A DNA stretch of 64,000 nt from an uncultured Candidatus Saccharibacteria bacterium (GTDB taxonomy: Bacteria > Patescibacteriota > Saccharimonadia > Saccharimonadales > Saccharimonadaceae): positions 30,712 to 94,711 of the forward strand of contig CAZUDH010000002.1 of the NCBI GenBank assembly GCA_964618945.1, written 5' to 3'. A program made the translations under genes and the position numbers. Below the pieces are notes generated by a model. It ran no database searches. It was not told the DNA's origin and saw only the letters and a program-made list of their open reading frames with translations. Positions 29,146 to 37,513 of the stretch are shown in pieces (the stretch's first letter is position 1; each line of letters begins with the position of its first letter).

Positions 29146-29306
29146 CAAAAATATCTCCAAAATTAGTTTGAAGAAACGATTTACTTTGATGTGTTGCCCG
29201 TTTGTATCTCGCCCGTTTCTTAGCGATTAGCCCGAAGACAACGATGAATCCTGTCGTGAGGGACGCTTACTATTGCTAGCAGTAGTATCACGTGGAGATG
29301 CTTTTA

Positions 29307-29918
29307 TTATACCACTTTGGCAACAGAATCTGCAGTTATCCGCACCGGCTTCGCAGCAATACCATATTCATGTAACAAGCGGGCTAGGGAAGTAGTATTG
29401 AGCCCCATCACTGTATCAAGATCCCCTTCTGCATGTGTAATCAGCGTTCCATAAACACTTTGTATACCGTATGCCCCGGCCTTATCCATTGGGTCACCCG
29501 TTGCGATATACGCATCGACTGCTGCTTCGTTGTACGGACCAAAAACTACTTTCGTTGTATCAGCATGGGGTTGTTCAATACCTTTTGCCACGCATACCAG
29601 TGCCATGCCGGTTGTCACATCATGTGCTCTGCCCGCCAAACGTTCTAGCATTGCCTTGGCATGCTCTGGTGATTCAGGTTTGCCAAGCTGTTCACCATCG
29701 ATTGTCACAATGGTATCAGCACCAATCACCAGTGCATCAGGAAACCGCTCGGCCACATCACGTGCTTTTCCCAATGCCAACTCGCTAGCAACCTCATTCG
29801 GCGAGCGACTACTGTCAAGCAACTCATCGTAGCTACTTGGAATAACTTCAAATTCCACGCCCATTTTTTTAAGAAGTTCACGCCGACGTGGCGATTGACT
29901 AGCTAGAATAATCTTCAT
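29307..29918 (-). CDS. maf: Maf-like nucleoside triphosphate pyrophosphatase
   Basis: It shows MKIILASQSPRRRELL, GADTIV and KAGAYGIQ. Confidence 0.9.
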   Translation of the reverse strand: MKIILASQSPRRRELLKKMGVEFEVIPSSYDELLDSSRSPNEVASELALGKARDVAERFPDALVIGADTIVTIDGEQLGKPESPEHAKAMLERLAGRAHDVTTGMALVCVAKGIEQPHADTTKVVFGPYNEAAVDAYIATGDPMDKAGAYGIQSVYGTLITHAEGDLDTVMGLNTTSLARLLHEYGIAAKPVRITADSVAKVV

Positions 29919-30062
29919 TACACCTAGTATACCCTAGAAACCAGTGCATTTTTTTGATACAATAACCCAAGTGTCCCGTAGCTTGCCGCTAAGGGAAAAG
30001 AGCAGCCCGAGTAGCTGGCTTTGCCAGTGCACGGCGCGATGATAAACGTTTGTCTCCATTAC

Positions 30063-30086
30063 GGCACCATAGCTCAGCTGGAGAGC
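30063..30086 (+). repeat. Partial copy (acceptor 5' strand plus D arm) of the downstream tRNA(CAT)
   Basis: acggcaccatagctcagctgg (30061-30081) is identical to 30166-30186. The copy continues as agagc, completing the D stem with a 2-nt D-loop deletion, and then diverges. It has no anticodon or T arm. Confidence 0.85.
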
Positions 30087-30167
30087 CATCAGCGAAAATA
30101 ATAGCGCCGCTCTACCCAGCTGTTTACATCAGCTACAGAAAGCTAGTACCTTACGATTACAATACAC

Positions 30168-30244
30168 GGCACCATAGCTCAGCTGGTTAGAGCGCAGGAC
30201 TCATAAGCCTGAGGTCGGTAGTTCAAGCCTACCTGGTGCTACCA
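30168..30244 (+). tRNA. tRNA with anticodon CAT (elongator Met or Ile2/lysidine type)
   Basis: The 77-nt cloverleaf reads GGCACCA..TGGTGCT (G1-U72), D arm GCTC-AGCTGGTTA-GAGC, anticodon loop CTCATAA, T arm GGTAG-TTCAAGC-CTACC, then A plus CCA. Confidence 0.85.
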
Positions 30245-30278
30245 TGAAAAGACACTCACAACTGTGAGTGTCTTTTCA
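30245..30278 (+). terminator. Strong hairpin terminator after the tRNA
   Basis: A perfect 15-bp stem (tgaaaagacactcac/gtgagtgtcttttca) has a 4-nt loop. The U-rich tract lies within and at the end of the 3' arm. Confidence 0.6.
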
Positions 30279-30356
30279 TGCAACGTGTGATGTTTATCAC
30301 AATCAAAATCGTCTCTCGGACATATTATGAAGTCATCACTTAGAAAAGGAGACAGT

Positions 30357-30752
30357 ATGCAAGATCAACAAACTACTGAAGTTCGTCGTCAGGACGTTGT
30401 TACCGATAACGGTGAACGCGTCCAACGCGAGGTTGTTCACCAAACAGGCCGCGCCGCAGGAAGCACTGTAGCACAGCGAGTCGTCTACTATATTGGTGGC
30501 TTTGTCGTTGCTCTACTTGCCTTGCGATTACTTCTATTATTGCTTGCGGCAAACCAAGGAAATGCGTTCGTTGACTTTGTCTACAGCCTGTCGGGCTTAT
30601 TTGTAGCACCATTCCAGGGAATTTTTGGTACTCCGACATATGGTAACTCTGTATTTGATATCAGCACAATCGTAGCGATTATTGTGTACTCACTGCTTAC
30701 TGTTGGTGTAGCAAAATTATTTACGCTTACGCGTCCTGGTAACGACGTTTAA
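30357..30752 (+). CDS. YggT-family membrane protein
   Basis: A GGAGA RBS precedes the ATG at 30357. It has two TM segments with a YggT-like pattern (LRLLLLLLAANQGNAFVDFVY..L..PFQGIF...DISTIVAIIVY). Confidence 0.6.
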   Translation: MQDQQTTEVRRQDVVTDNGERVQREVVHQTGRAAGSTVAQRVVYYIGGFVVALLALRLLLLLLAANQGNAFVDFVYSLSGLFVAPFQGIFGTPTYGNSVFDISTIVAIIVYSLLTVGVAKLFTLTRPGNDV

Positions 30753-31076
30753 CTAGATTTCAACGTCAAATTCAGACTCATCCTGGCAACTTTCAAGACG
30801 ACCAGTCACAAACGAGCGGAGTTCTTCGGAGCTCCGTTTTTGATTCCATGTTTCTGGAGCGAAAAAATCACTAATGGTACTCGACAGAGTCGATAGGGTG
30901 GCTGACATACTATTTGTCCTTTTTTTGTTTTTATTGCTTTATAATCTTACTTTAGCATAAGCATCAGAAAAAGTCAATAGCTATATCATATTTTATTGCA
31001 AAATCATGTTGTTTTCTTTACGGAGACACACCGCTTATGGTATAACTAAGATGCAGGAAACTAACGAAACAAACAT

Positions 31077-31805
31077 ATGGATATACTGTCTGCATTTGCA
31101 ATTCTTACCGTCGCCGGGCTTATTCACGCTAGTTTTCAACTAAGTGTAAGTATGCTGACCTTGCTTTCAAGCCACACTATCGGACGCAAGCAATCACAGA
31201 GACGGTTGATTCTGCTTACTCATTCTTTCGTGCTTGGCGTAGCCGTGATGACGATTTTGCTGCTATGCGCACTTGGCCTTGTTTTCCAGGCAACCACAAG
31301 TTATGTATCATTTGATATGCTGTGGACTATTCTTTGCGGCGGCATGGCTGGGCTAGCTGTTGCCGTGCTGCTCTTTTACTACAGAAAAGAGCAGGGGACT
31401 AGACTATGGATTCCCCACTCTATGGCTCGTTTCCTTACTCGTCGTGCTAAAGTGACGAAGCATTCTGCCGAAGCCTTCAGCCTTGGTCTTGTAAGTGTTC
31501 TAGGTGAAGCGCTTTTCATCTTTATTCCACTCGCCGTAGCTATTATGGTGTTGGTACAATATAGCCCCTTACTTCAGCTCGCTGGTATCGCCTATTATAC
31601 CTTCATTTCCCTGTCTTCCCTGCTGATTGTTCATGTATTGATTAGTGGCGGTCACAGTATAAGTCGGCTTCAACGCTGGCGCGAACAAAACAAAAACTTC
31701 TTGCAGTTTGGCGCTGGCGCGGCACTCCTTGCGCTTAGCTTTTATATCTATGTAGATCAAGTGATGACGATGGCTGTGATGGCTGCGGAGCGATCAATAT
31801 GGTAG
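31077..31805 (+). CDS. Hypothetical multi-pass membrane protein
   Basis: The 242-aa ORF has about six hydrophobic segments. No family was recognised. Confidence 0.55.
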   Translation: MDILSAFAILTVAGLIHASFQLSVSMLTLLSSHTIGRKQSQRRLILLTHSFVLGVAVMTILLLCALGLVFQATTSYVSFDMLWTILCGGMAGLAVAVLLFYYRKEQGTRLWIPHSMARFLTRRAKVTKHSAEAFSLGLVSVLGEALFIFIPLAVAIMVLVQYSPLLQLAGIAYYTFISLSSLLIVHVLISGGHSISRLQRWREQNKNFLQFGAGAALLALSFYIYVDQVMTMAVMAAERSIW

Positions 31806-32083
31806 CCACCCCAGAGGTAATAAAACGTGGTGGTGCTCGCAAGACAGAGCAATTTGATCACGGCAAACTCCATTCAAGTGTACGTGCAGCATGCCTAAGC
31901 GTACGCAGCCCTGAGGGTGTTGCCGAAACCGTCGCCGAGCATGTTGTCAGTAGTGTCGCCAGCTGGTGTCATGAAAAAGCTGCCGTCACTTCTGAAGATA
32001 TCCGTCGTGTTGCTACCCAAACTCTTGAAGTATTTCATCCCGAAGCAGCGTATTTATATCAAAATCACCAATGTGTTGTATAG
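31799..32083 (+). CDS. Stand-alone ATP-cone domain protein
   Basis: VIKRGGARKTEQFDHGKLHSSVRAA...SEDIRRVATQTLEVFHPEAAYLY matches the ATP-cone pattern. It has no NrdR zinc ribbon. It overlaps the upstream gene by 7 nt. Confidence 0.6.
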   Translation: MVATPEVIKRGGARKTEQFDHGKLHSSVRAACLSVRSPEGVAETVAEHVVSSVASWCHEKAAVTSEDIRRVATQTLEVFHPEAAYLYQNHQCVV

Positions 32084-32095
32084 GAGCTAACCCGC

Positions 32096-33469
32096 ATGGC
32101 AAAAAAACCTAATTTTGACTACGACCTCATCGTTATCGGTAGCGGCGCCGGTGGCAGCCCTGCAGCGACGCTAGCAGCGGCGGCTGGAAAGCGGGTTGCT
32201 GTTATCGAAGCCAATATGTTTGGTGGCGAGTCACCAAACTGGGGCGACATCCCGCTAAAAGCAATGCTGCACGCTTCCCAGCTCTACGATGAAGCACGTC
32301 ATGGAGCGCGGTTTGGGATCCGAAGCTCTACTATTGGATATAATTTTTTGTCGCTCAAAGCGTGGAAAGATGTTGCAATCAAACGCACCGGTGCTGGGAA
32401 TAACCGTAGTTACTACGAAAAACAAGGCATCGCTACGTACCATTCCACTGCCCATTTTTTAAGTCCAAATGAAATTAGCGTGGCGAGACGTCACCTTTCT
32501 GCCGAACAATTCCTCGTTGCGACTGGATCGCACTGGGAACAACCATCGGTAGCAGGCTTAGAAGATGCCGGCTATCATACTCCCCAAACTATTTTGGATA
32601 TTCCTCGTCCACCTAAAAGCTTGCTCATTATTGGCGGCAATGGCCTTTCCGTCGAATATGCACAGCTTTTTGCTGCACTTGGCACCAAAGTATATCTCGT
32701 CGAAAAAGCTGCTCGCATCCTTCCAGAAGAAGACCAAGAAGTCGGCGAGCTGATAGCTAAACTTCTCGCCGAACAAAAAGGCGTCAGCGTACTAACACAG
32801 ACGCGCCTGTTAACTGCCCAAAAAGAAGGGTTACTCCGAAAAATTACCTTTAGCCGTGGCGGTATTGAAAAAACCGTGAAGGTCGATGAGATTTTACTTA
32901 CAGTTGGCCGCACACCGACGGTTGATATCGGACTCGAAAACGCCAGTGTTCACTACAGCCAAAAAGGTATTGAAGTAAATGACCATCTGCAGACAAGCGC
33001 ACGCAACATTTACGCTGCCGGGGATGTCCTTGGGAGCAAGCGCTATCTGCATACCGCCCTGCTCGAAAGCCGCGTCGTGGCGCACAACATTTTGAACAAG
33101 CAAAAGACGACTCCCGATTATTCTGGTACGCCAAATGTCATGTACACCTTCCCTGGTGTTGCATCAGTTGGCTTCAGTGAAGACGATTGCATCAAGCGTG
33201 ATTTAACCATTCGGACTGCTGTTGCTCCACTCACAATGATTGCTAGGGCCAACACCAGCGATTTTAGGGATGGATTTGTAAAACTTATTGCAGATAGAAA
33301 AGGTGCCTTGATTGGGGCCACAGTCGTCGCACCACACGCTGGTGAAATTATTCACGAACTTTCGCTCGCTATCCGTACCGGTATGACAGCCACGGAACTC
33401 GCCGCCATGCCACATGCGTTCTTAAGTTGGAGCGAAGCCGTCCGCGTTGCTGCCGCACGTCTGGGATAA
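32096..33469 (+). CDS. FAD/NAD(P)-dependent pyridine nucleotide-disulfide oxidoreductase homolog (dihydrolipoyl dehydrogenase-like) lacking the redox-active Cys pair
   Basis: It shows DLIVIGSGAGGSPAA (FAD GxGxxG), IIGGNGLSVEYAQ (NAD) and the C-terminal dimerisation domain with HAFLSWSE. The CxxxxC site reads GGESPNWGDIPLK. Confidence 0.8.
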   Translation: MAKKPNFDYDLIVIGSGAGGSPAATLAAAAGKRVAVIEANMFGGESPNWGDIPLKAMLHASQLYDEARHGARFGIRSSTIGYNFLSLKAWKDVAIKRTGAGNNRSYYEKQGIATYHSTAHFLSPNEISVARRHLSAEQFLVATGSHWEQPSVAGLEDAGYHTPQTILDIPRPPKSLLIIGGNGLSVEYAQLFAALGTKVYLVEKAARILPEEDQEVGELIAKLLAEQKGVSVLTQTRLLTAQKEGLLRKITFSRGGIEKTVKVDEILLTVGRTPTVDIGLENASVHYSQKGIEVNDHLQTSARNIYAAGDVLGSKRYLHTALLESRVVAHNILNKQKTTPDYSGTPNVMYTFPGVASVGFSEDDCIKRDLTIRTAVAPLTMIARANTSDFRDGFVKLIADRKGALIGATVVAPHAGEIIHELSLAIRTGMTATELAAMPHAFLSWSEAVRVAAARLG

Positions 33470-33473
33470 GTCT

Positions 33474-34376
33474 ATGGCAACGATCTACCCCACTGTGTAT
33501 TTCGATAATAAACTCGTTGCAAGCGACACGGCGACCCTTTCAATTGCCAGTTCGGCAGTTTTGTACGGGCTAAGTGTGTATACGGTATTTCATGTGGTCT
33601 ACGAAGACAGTGAGTACCACGCATTCCGTTTGCCCGATCACTACAAGCGTTTGAAGGATTCGTGCAAAATTATCGGCATTGATACCTTTTCACACGATGA
33701 GCTCACTTTTGAGGCCTTTCGTGAATCGATGCAAAAACTTGTTCACGCTAACGACCCAAAAACAAACTGCTTTGTGCGTGCCAGCTTCCATGTCAACGAA
33801 ATTCTGCCTGGTACTCGTTCACGAGGGCTCTCCACAATACTTAGTGCGTTCGTGTACGACGCGACACCTATTGTTCCGACTGACGGCGTTCGGCTAAAAA
33901 CTAGTGTGTGGCGACGCAATCCAGATTTTGCCATTCCTTCACGCGCCAAGGTCAATGGTGCGTATGTCAATTCAGTCCTTGCTCGGCAAGACGCCATCGA
34001 TAGCGGCTATGATGATTGTATCTTTCTGGATAGCCAAGGCCACGTAGCAGAGCTTTCGGCTGCGAATATTTTCATCGTGCGCGATGGCGTGCTGCTAACC
34101 CCGGGCCGCGACGCTGATATTTTAGAAGGTATTAACCGACGGACAATTATTGAACTTGCCAAAGAAAGCGACATCCCGGTTGTTGAGCGTCCTATTGATC
34201 TGACGGAACTATATATAGCCGATGAAGTGTTTGTCTGCGGCACTAGCGCGTTTTTATCACCAGTTGTTGAAATCGATGGCCGACAAATTTCAAACGGATC
34301 AATAACGCAAACATTACGGTCTGCATATTCGCATAGCCTCCTCAATTCTGCAAGTAAGTACACAACAAAGCTTTAA
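33474..34376 (+). CDS. Class IV (fold type IV) aminotransferase, branched-chain/D-amino-acid type
   Basis: It shows AKVNGAYVNSVLA, ELSAANIFIVRDGVLLTP......LEGINRRTIIELAKE..IPV.ERPI....L..ADEVFVCGTSA. The ATG at 33474 is used. Confidence 0.8.
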   Translation: MATIYPTVYFDNKLVASDTATLSIASSAVLYGLSVYTVFHVVYEDSEYHAFRLPDHYKRLKDSCKIIGIDTFSHDELTFEAFRESMQKLVHANDPKTNCFVRASFHVNEILPGTRSRGLSTILSAFVYDATPIVPTDGVRLKTSVWRRNPDFAIPSRAKVNGAYVNSVLARQDAIDSGYDDCIFLDSQGHVAELSAANIFIVRDGVLLTPGRDADILEGINRRTIIELAKESDIPVVERPIDLTELYIADEVFVCGTSAFLSPVVEIDGRQISNGSITQTLRSAYSHSLLNSASKYTTKL

Positions 34377-34430
34377 CTTATTCGCGCTTTTGCCACATTT
34401 TCTGAAATCTAAAGTGGGAGTATCTGGATT

Positions 34431-34832
34431 TTAACAATTTTCTGCAATCCAGCGTTCGGTTGTGCCATCAGAATCTTTTAGCTGCGCTGGATGTATGAAT
34501 TTGACGTCGTGACACATTTCGGTGGGTGCAAAATTAGTGTGCTCAGTTTTCACTTCGTACACAATCCAGAGCAGCCATGCTTTGCGAGAATCGAGCCACC
34601 AAACGGCTGTTTTGTATGGCTGTGCTATTAAATTACCTTCATAGGCTACCTCTTCACTCAGTTCACGCTGCAAGCAATCAATTTCTGTTTCACCGTGGTC
34701 CCAGCCACCGCCAGGCAAACTATAGTGATCAGCGCCGTATTCTTTACATACAAGCACTTCGCCTTTTTCATTGCGAATAATTGCTTTTAAACTGACCCGA
34801 TAAAAAGTCGATGGGTACTGAGAAGTGTGCAC
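34431..34832 (-). CDS. NUDIX hydrolase
   Basis: The Nudix box is GGGWDHGETEIDCLQRELSEEV. Confidence 0.85.
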   Translation of the reverse strand: MHTSQYPSTFYRVSLKAIIRNEKGEVLVCKEYGADHYSLPGGGWDHGETEIDCLQRELSEEVAYEGNLIAQPYKTAVWWLDSRKAWLLWIVYEVKTEHTNFAPTEMCHDVKFIHPAQLKDSDGTTERWIAENC

Positions 34833-34845
34833 GATATGTCTCGTG

Positions 34846-35346
34846 TTAGTCCTGAATAGTTTTAAAGGCTTCGAGCTCTACCGAACCAGTTGGCGTTTTG
34901 CCAGTTGGTGTCACTGGAACAACAAATTGCACCGATTCACCCTTTTTCACCTGTTTCTTTTCACTGTAGGCAGTACCTGTCCATGCGCCTAAATCGCAAG
35001 CAGGGCCGTTACACCACTTTTTCGAATAGTCATGTTCACGCTGGGTTGCCTTGATGGTAATAAACAAATCATTCGAGCTAGCATTTTTGTAGTCAACAGT
35101 ATAAATAACTACCTGCTGAGGTTTAATGGTTACCTCTTCACCGATGAGCCCCATTAGGCCATCGGTGGTTTGTACGGCGACGGTCCGCTTTGCGATAGAA
35201 GAAAAAACTGTGGTCTTTTCAAGATAAGAAAGTAATGCCGAACATAGTAGTGTCGTTATGAACACACTCAACGATACAATGAAGATGGTGCGGTATGGTA
35301 GTGGAATCGCGATTGTTTTTTTACGAGATTTTATAGTTTTTGCCAT
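34846..35346 (-). CDS. Hypothetical membrane-anchored extracellular protein
   Basis: It has an N-terminal TM (IFIVSLSVFITTLLCSALL) and a beta-rich domain. Confidence 0.5.
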   Translation of the reverse strand: MAKTIKSRKKTIAIPLPYRTIFIVSLSVFITTLLCSALLSYLEKTTVFSSIAKRTVAVQTTDGLMGLIGEEVTIKPQQVVIYTVDYKNASSNDLFITIKATQREHDYSKKWCNGPACDLGAWTGTAYSEKKQVKKGESVQFVVPVTPTGKTPTGSVELEAFKTIQD

Positions 35347-35387
35347 AATAGCTCCTTATGGCTTTAGTATAGCATGAGGTAAACTAA

Positions 35388-35648
35388 TTATGTTTTCATG
35401 CCGTATTTCAGTTTTAGATAAAAGACAGAAATTGCCATAATAAATGTTATGCTACTCATAATTATGAGTGAGTAGCTGGTAATCATGAACCCGTACACTA
35501 TCCACATTACCTGCCCCGCAAGACTGGTAATACTCCAGCCAAGAGATATGTCAGCAGTAGATTTTGTTTTCCATGACTTTATCACTTGTGGCAGCAACGC
35601 CGCAGCAACTAAAATGCCTGCTATAAACCCTACTATCTCTGCATTCAT
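35388..35648 (-). CDS. SemiSWEET / PQ-loop sugar transporter
   Basis: It is 86 aa with three TMs and the LPQVIKSWKTKS PQ-loop motif. Confidence 0.75.
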   Translation of the reverse strand: MNAEIVGFIAGILVAAALLPQVIKSWKTKSTADISLGWSITSLAGQVMWIVYGFMITSYSLIIMSSITFIMAISVFYLKLKYGMKT

Positions 35649-35725
35649 ACTCGCAGTATAGCAGAGTAGAGAGGATTATAACACTTCGTGTCAAGAAAAA
35701 AGTTCGTCAAATGACGAACTTTTTT

Positions 35726-35739
35726 CTTGGTTGCGGGGG
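35726..35739 (-). repeat. Orphan copy of the tRNA-fMet 3' end, next to a terminator hairpin
   Basis: cttggttgcggggg is identical to 35919-35932, which covers the tRNA 3' acceptor strand, CCA and 2 flanking nt. A 9-10 bp hairpin (35700-35721) flanked by A5/T5 lies beside it. Confidence 0.8.
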
Positions 35740-35920
35740 CAAGATTATCGGCAATAAATTGCCTCTTCCGTTTGCTCGTTCTGGCAAAAGTAAACTTTTC
35801 CAGAACTTCGCTGCACTTCACGAACTTACGACCATGCGCTAGATACATCTAGCGCGGTCGATGGTGCAAATCATCCCGCCGAAAAGTAAATACCCCCAGC
35901 AGCCGCTGAGGGTATTTACT

Positions 35921-35998
35921 TGGTTGCGGGGGATGGATTTGAACCATCGACCTCGTGGTTATGAGCCACGCGAGCTGACCAGACTGCTCCACCCCGCG
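35921..35998 (-). tRNA. tRNA-Met, initiator type (anticodon CAT, C1-A72 mismatch), CCA encoded
   Basis: The 78-nt cloverleaf reads CGCGGGG..CCCCGCA with C1 opposite A72, D arm GAGC-AGTCTGGTCA-GCTC, anticodon loop CTCATAA and T arm GATGG-TTCAAAT-CCATC. A terminator hairpin (35885-35920) follows. Confidence 0.9.
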
Positions 35999-36201
35999 AT
36001 ATAGTGATGTAAATCCTGGTCATTGCTTCATTTGTTCATAACCAAATGGTTACTCGCTAATGATTCGACGGGGAGCTGACCAGACTGCTCCACCCCGCGA
36101 TATAGTAAAATTCTGGATATTTGCTTCGCCTCGTCATAACCATACGGTTATTCGCGATTTATTGAGACAGGGAGCTGACCAGACTGCTCCACCCCGCGAT
36201 A
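35972..36201 (-). repeat. Three direct copies (about 100-bp period) of the tRNA-fMet nt 1-27 segment plus 5' flank, two of them orphan copies upstream of the real gene
   Basis: gagctgaccagactgctccaccccgcgata occurs at 35972-36001 (inside the real tRNA), 36073-36102 and 36172-36201. The two intervening segments (about 65-67 nt) are homologous to each other. Confidence 0.9.
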
Positions 36202-36240
36202 CGTCTTCTATCGTAACAGATTGCAAAGCTTTTTTCAACA

Positions 36241-36684
36241 CTAGTCGCGGCGATTTCCGCCCAAAAGAAATGTCATCCAGGTTTCAAAATTGCTTGGTTT
36301 TTCTAACGGTTTATTTGCGGCCTGCTTTGTTTGCTGACTCGCATCCCACTGTTTGGCAGCATCGCTATTAGCTGGTAATATGACCACATTTTCACCTGGC
36401 ATTACTAGTCCAAGCCGTTGGCGTACTGCCATTTCTTTGTATTCGTCACTTTCGTAGTATTTTTTTTCGTACTTAAGACGCTCATTCTCGAGGGTCATAA
36501 GTGTTGCTTGGCGCTCTTTTGAATCAATCTCGCGCTGCAATTTGTAGTTGCGCTGCATTACGCTAACAGAGCCCCACGCCCAACTAATGGCAATAAAAAA
36601 CGCCACAAACACGACCGCATTGTTCGTTGTGGCATACTGATTTTTTAGTCGGTACAATAATCGCCGCAGCTGTGCACTATTCAT
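36241..36684 (-). CDS. Septum formation initiator FtsB/DivIC-family protein
   Basis: It has a single N-terminal TM followed by a coiled coil (MQRNYKLQREIDSKERQATLMTLENERLKYE) and ...EYKEMAVRQRLGLVMPGENVV. Confidence 0.7.
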   Translation of the reverse strand: MNSAQLRRLLYRLKNQYATTNNAVVFVAFFIAISWAWGSVSVMQRNYKLQREIDSKERQATLMTLENERLKYEKKYYESDEYKEMAVRQRLGLVMPGENVVILPANSDAAKQWDASQQTKQAANKPLEKPSNFETWMTFLLGGNRRD

Positions 36685-36698
36685 ATTTGTTTCCTATT

Positions 36699-36774
36699 TG
36701 GTGGGGGTGGCTGGGATTGAACCAGCGACCAACAGGTTATGAGCCCGCTGCTCTGACCGCTGAGCTACACCCCC
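36699..36774 (-). tRNA. tRNA with anticodon CAT (elongator Met or Ile2 type), CCA encoded
   Basis: The 76-nt cloverleaf reads GGGGGTG..CACCCCC, D arm GCTC-AGCGGTCA-GAGC, anticodon loop CTCATAA and T arm GCTGG-TTCAATC-CCAGC. Confidence 0.9.
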
Positions 36775-36816
36775 GTGCCTCCCAAGTATACCGTAGTCGC
36801 CTCTGTTACGCTAGGG

Positions 36817-37266
36817 TTATGCGGCTCGAGTATAAATGCCGAGGCTGTGATCGATCATAACCAGAAGTTCGTCACGCTGCTTGGGGTCATGCATGCGATC
36901 TCTGAATTTGCGGAAGTAGGCAAGTCCTTTTTCATAATGATCGATTTCCGCCGACGTCGGGTTGACGCCCAACTGGGATGGAAAGCCATAAAACTCGAGA
37001 AATTCTTGCATGACACGCCAAAGCGTATGGCGCGCGTCTTTGGATACTTTTGAACGATTCGATTTTTCAGAGGCTATGACATCGTATGCTTTCGCCGAAT
37101 CGATTGCCCATCGTTTCAACGAAAGTAGTTCTGCAGCTCGCGGATTGGGCTCCAACGTATCAGTAGTATCGGTATCAAGATCGGCTATTGGTAATACATT
37201 GCCTTCATTATCTACGAATGCGCTCCAATTGTGTAAAATTTCCGAAGGTTGATGACCATGCGTCAT
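36817..37266 (-). CDS. Hypothetical protein (149 aa)
   Basis: This is a clean ORF with ordinary composition. No family was recognised. Confidence 0.5.
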   Translation of the reverse strand: MTHGHQPSEILHNWSAFVDNEGNVLPIADLDTDTTDTLEPNPRAAELLSLKRWAIDSAKAYDVIASEKSNRSKVSKDARHTLWRVMQEFLEFYGFPSQLGVNPTSAEIDHYEKGLAYFRKFRDRMHDPKQRDELLVMIDHSLGIYTRAA

Positions 37267-37397
37267 AGTTATATATTACCATAAACATTATCGAAAGTCA
37301 ATCACTACGCTATTGCCAACTTAAACCTATGATGGTACGCTAAATAACATCTTTGTTGAGCGTATGCTCCAAAGTACTTTGACAAACAGACGCTAAA

Positions 37398-37448
37398 ATA
37401 AGATGAGTTGTACGGTGAAGATCTGTCGTCAACGTACAACTCATCTTA
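37398..37448. repeat. Perfect 17-bp inverted repeat (hairpin) at the left edge of the high-GC insert
   Basis: ataagatgagttgtacg (37398-37414) pairs with cgtacaactcatcttat (37432-37448) across a 17-nt loop. Confidence 0.85.
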
Positions 37449-37513
37449 TTGTTACCGAAGACAATACCTCCCAACGTGGGGACCCGGATGAGTGCACGAA
37501 AGCGAGAAAGCTC

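Noticed and set aside
29940-30060. Possible 4.5S/SRP RNA, because GAGTAGCTGGC resembles the E. coli 4.5S 3' strand (GAUGUAGCUGGC) and GGGAAAAGAGCAGCC vaguely resembles GGAAGGAAGCAGCC.
   Set aside because: I could not build the required hairpin: the two gtagct copies are direct, not inverted. There is also no GNRA-capped helix 8. A covariance-model scan would be needed, so this is not reported as a feature.
30753-30908. A 51-aa minus-strand ORF (MSATLSTLSSTISDFFAPETWNQKRSSEELRSF...) downstream of the yggT-like gene.
   Set aside because: It has only a weak AAGGA-like RBS and no recognisable motif. It ends immediately after the stop codon of the convergent gene, with no overlap. The evidence is insufficient to call it.
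35972-36201. CRISPR-like appearance: 30-nt identical repeats spaced about 100 bp apart.
   Set aside because: There are only three copies, and the repeat is the tRNA acceptor/D-arm sequence. The 'spacers' are homologous to each other rather than unique, and no cas genes are present.
36060-36371. A 103-aa plus-strand ORF with a repeated GADQTAPPRD peptide.
   Set aside because: The peptide repeat is simply the translation of the tRNA-fMet 5'-part DNA repeats. There is no RBS, and the ORF overlaps the FtsB-like gene on the other strand.
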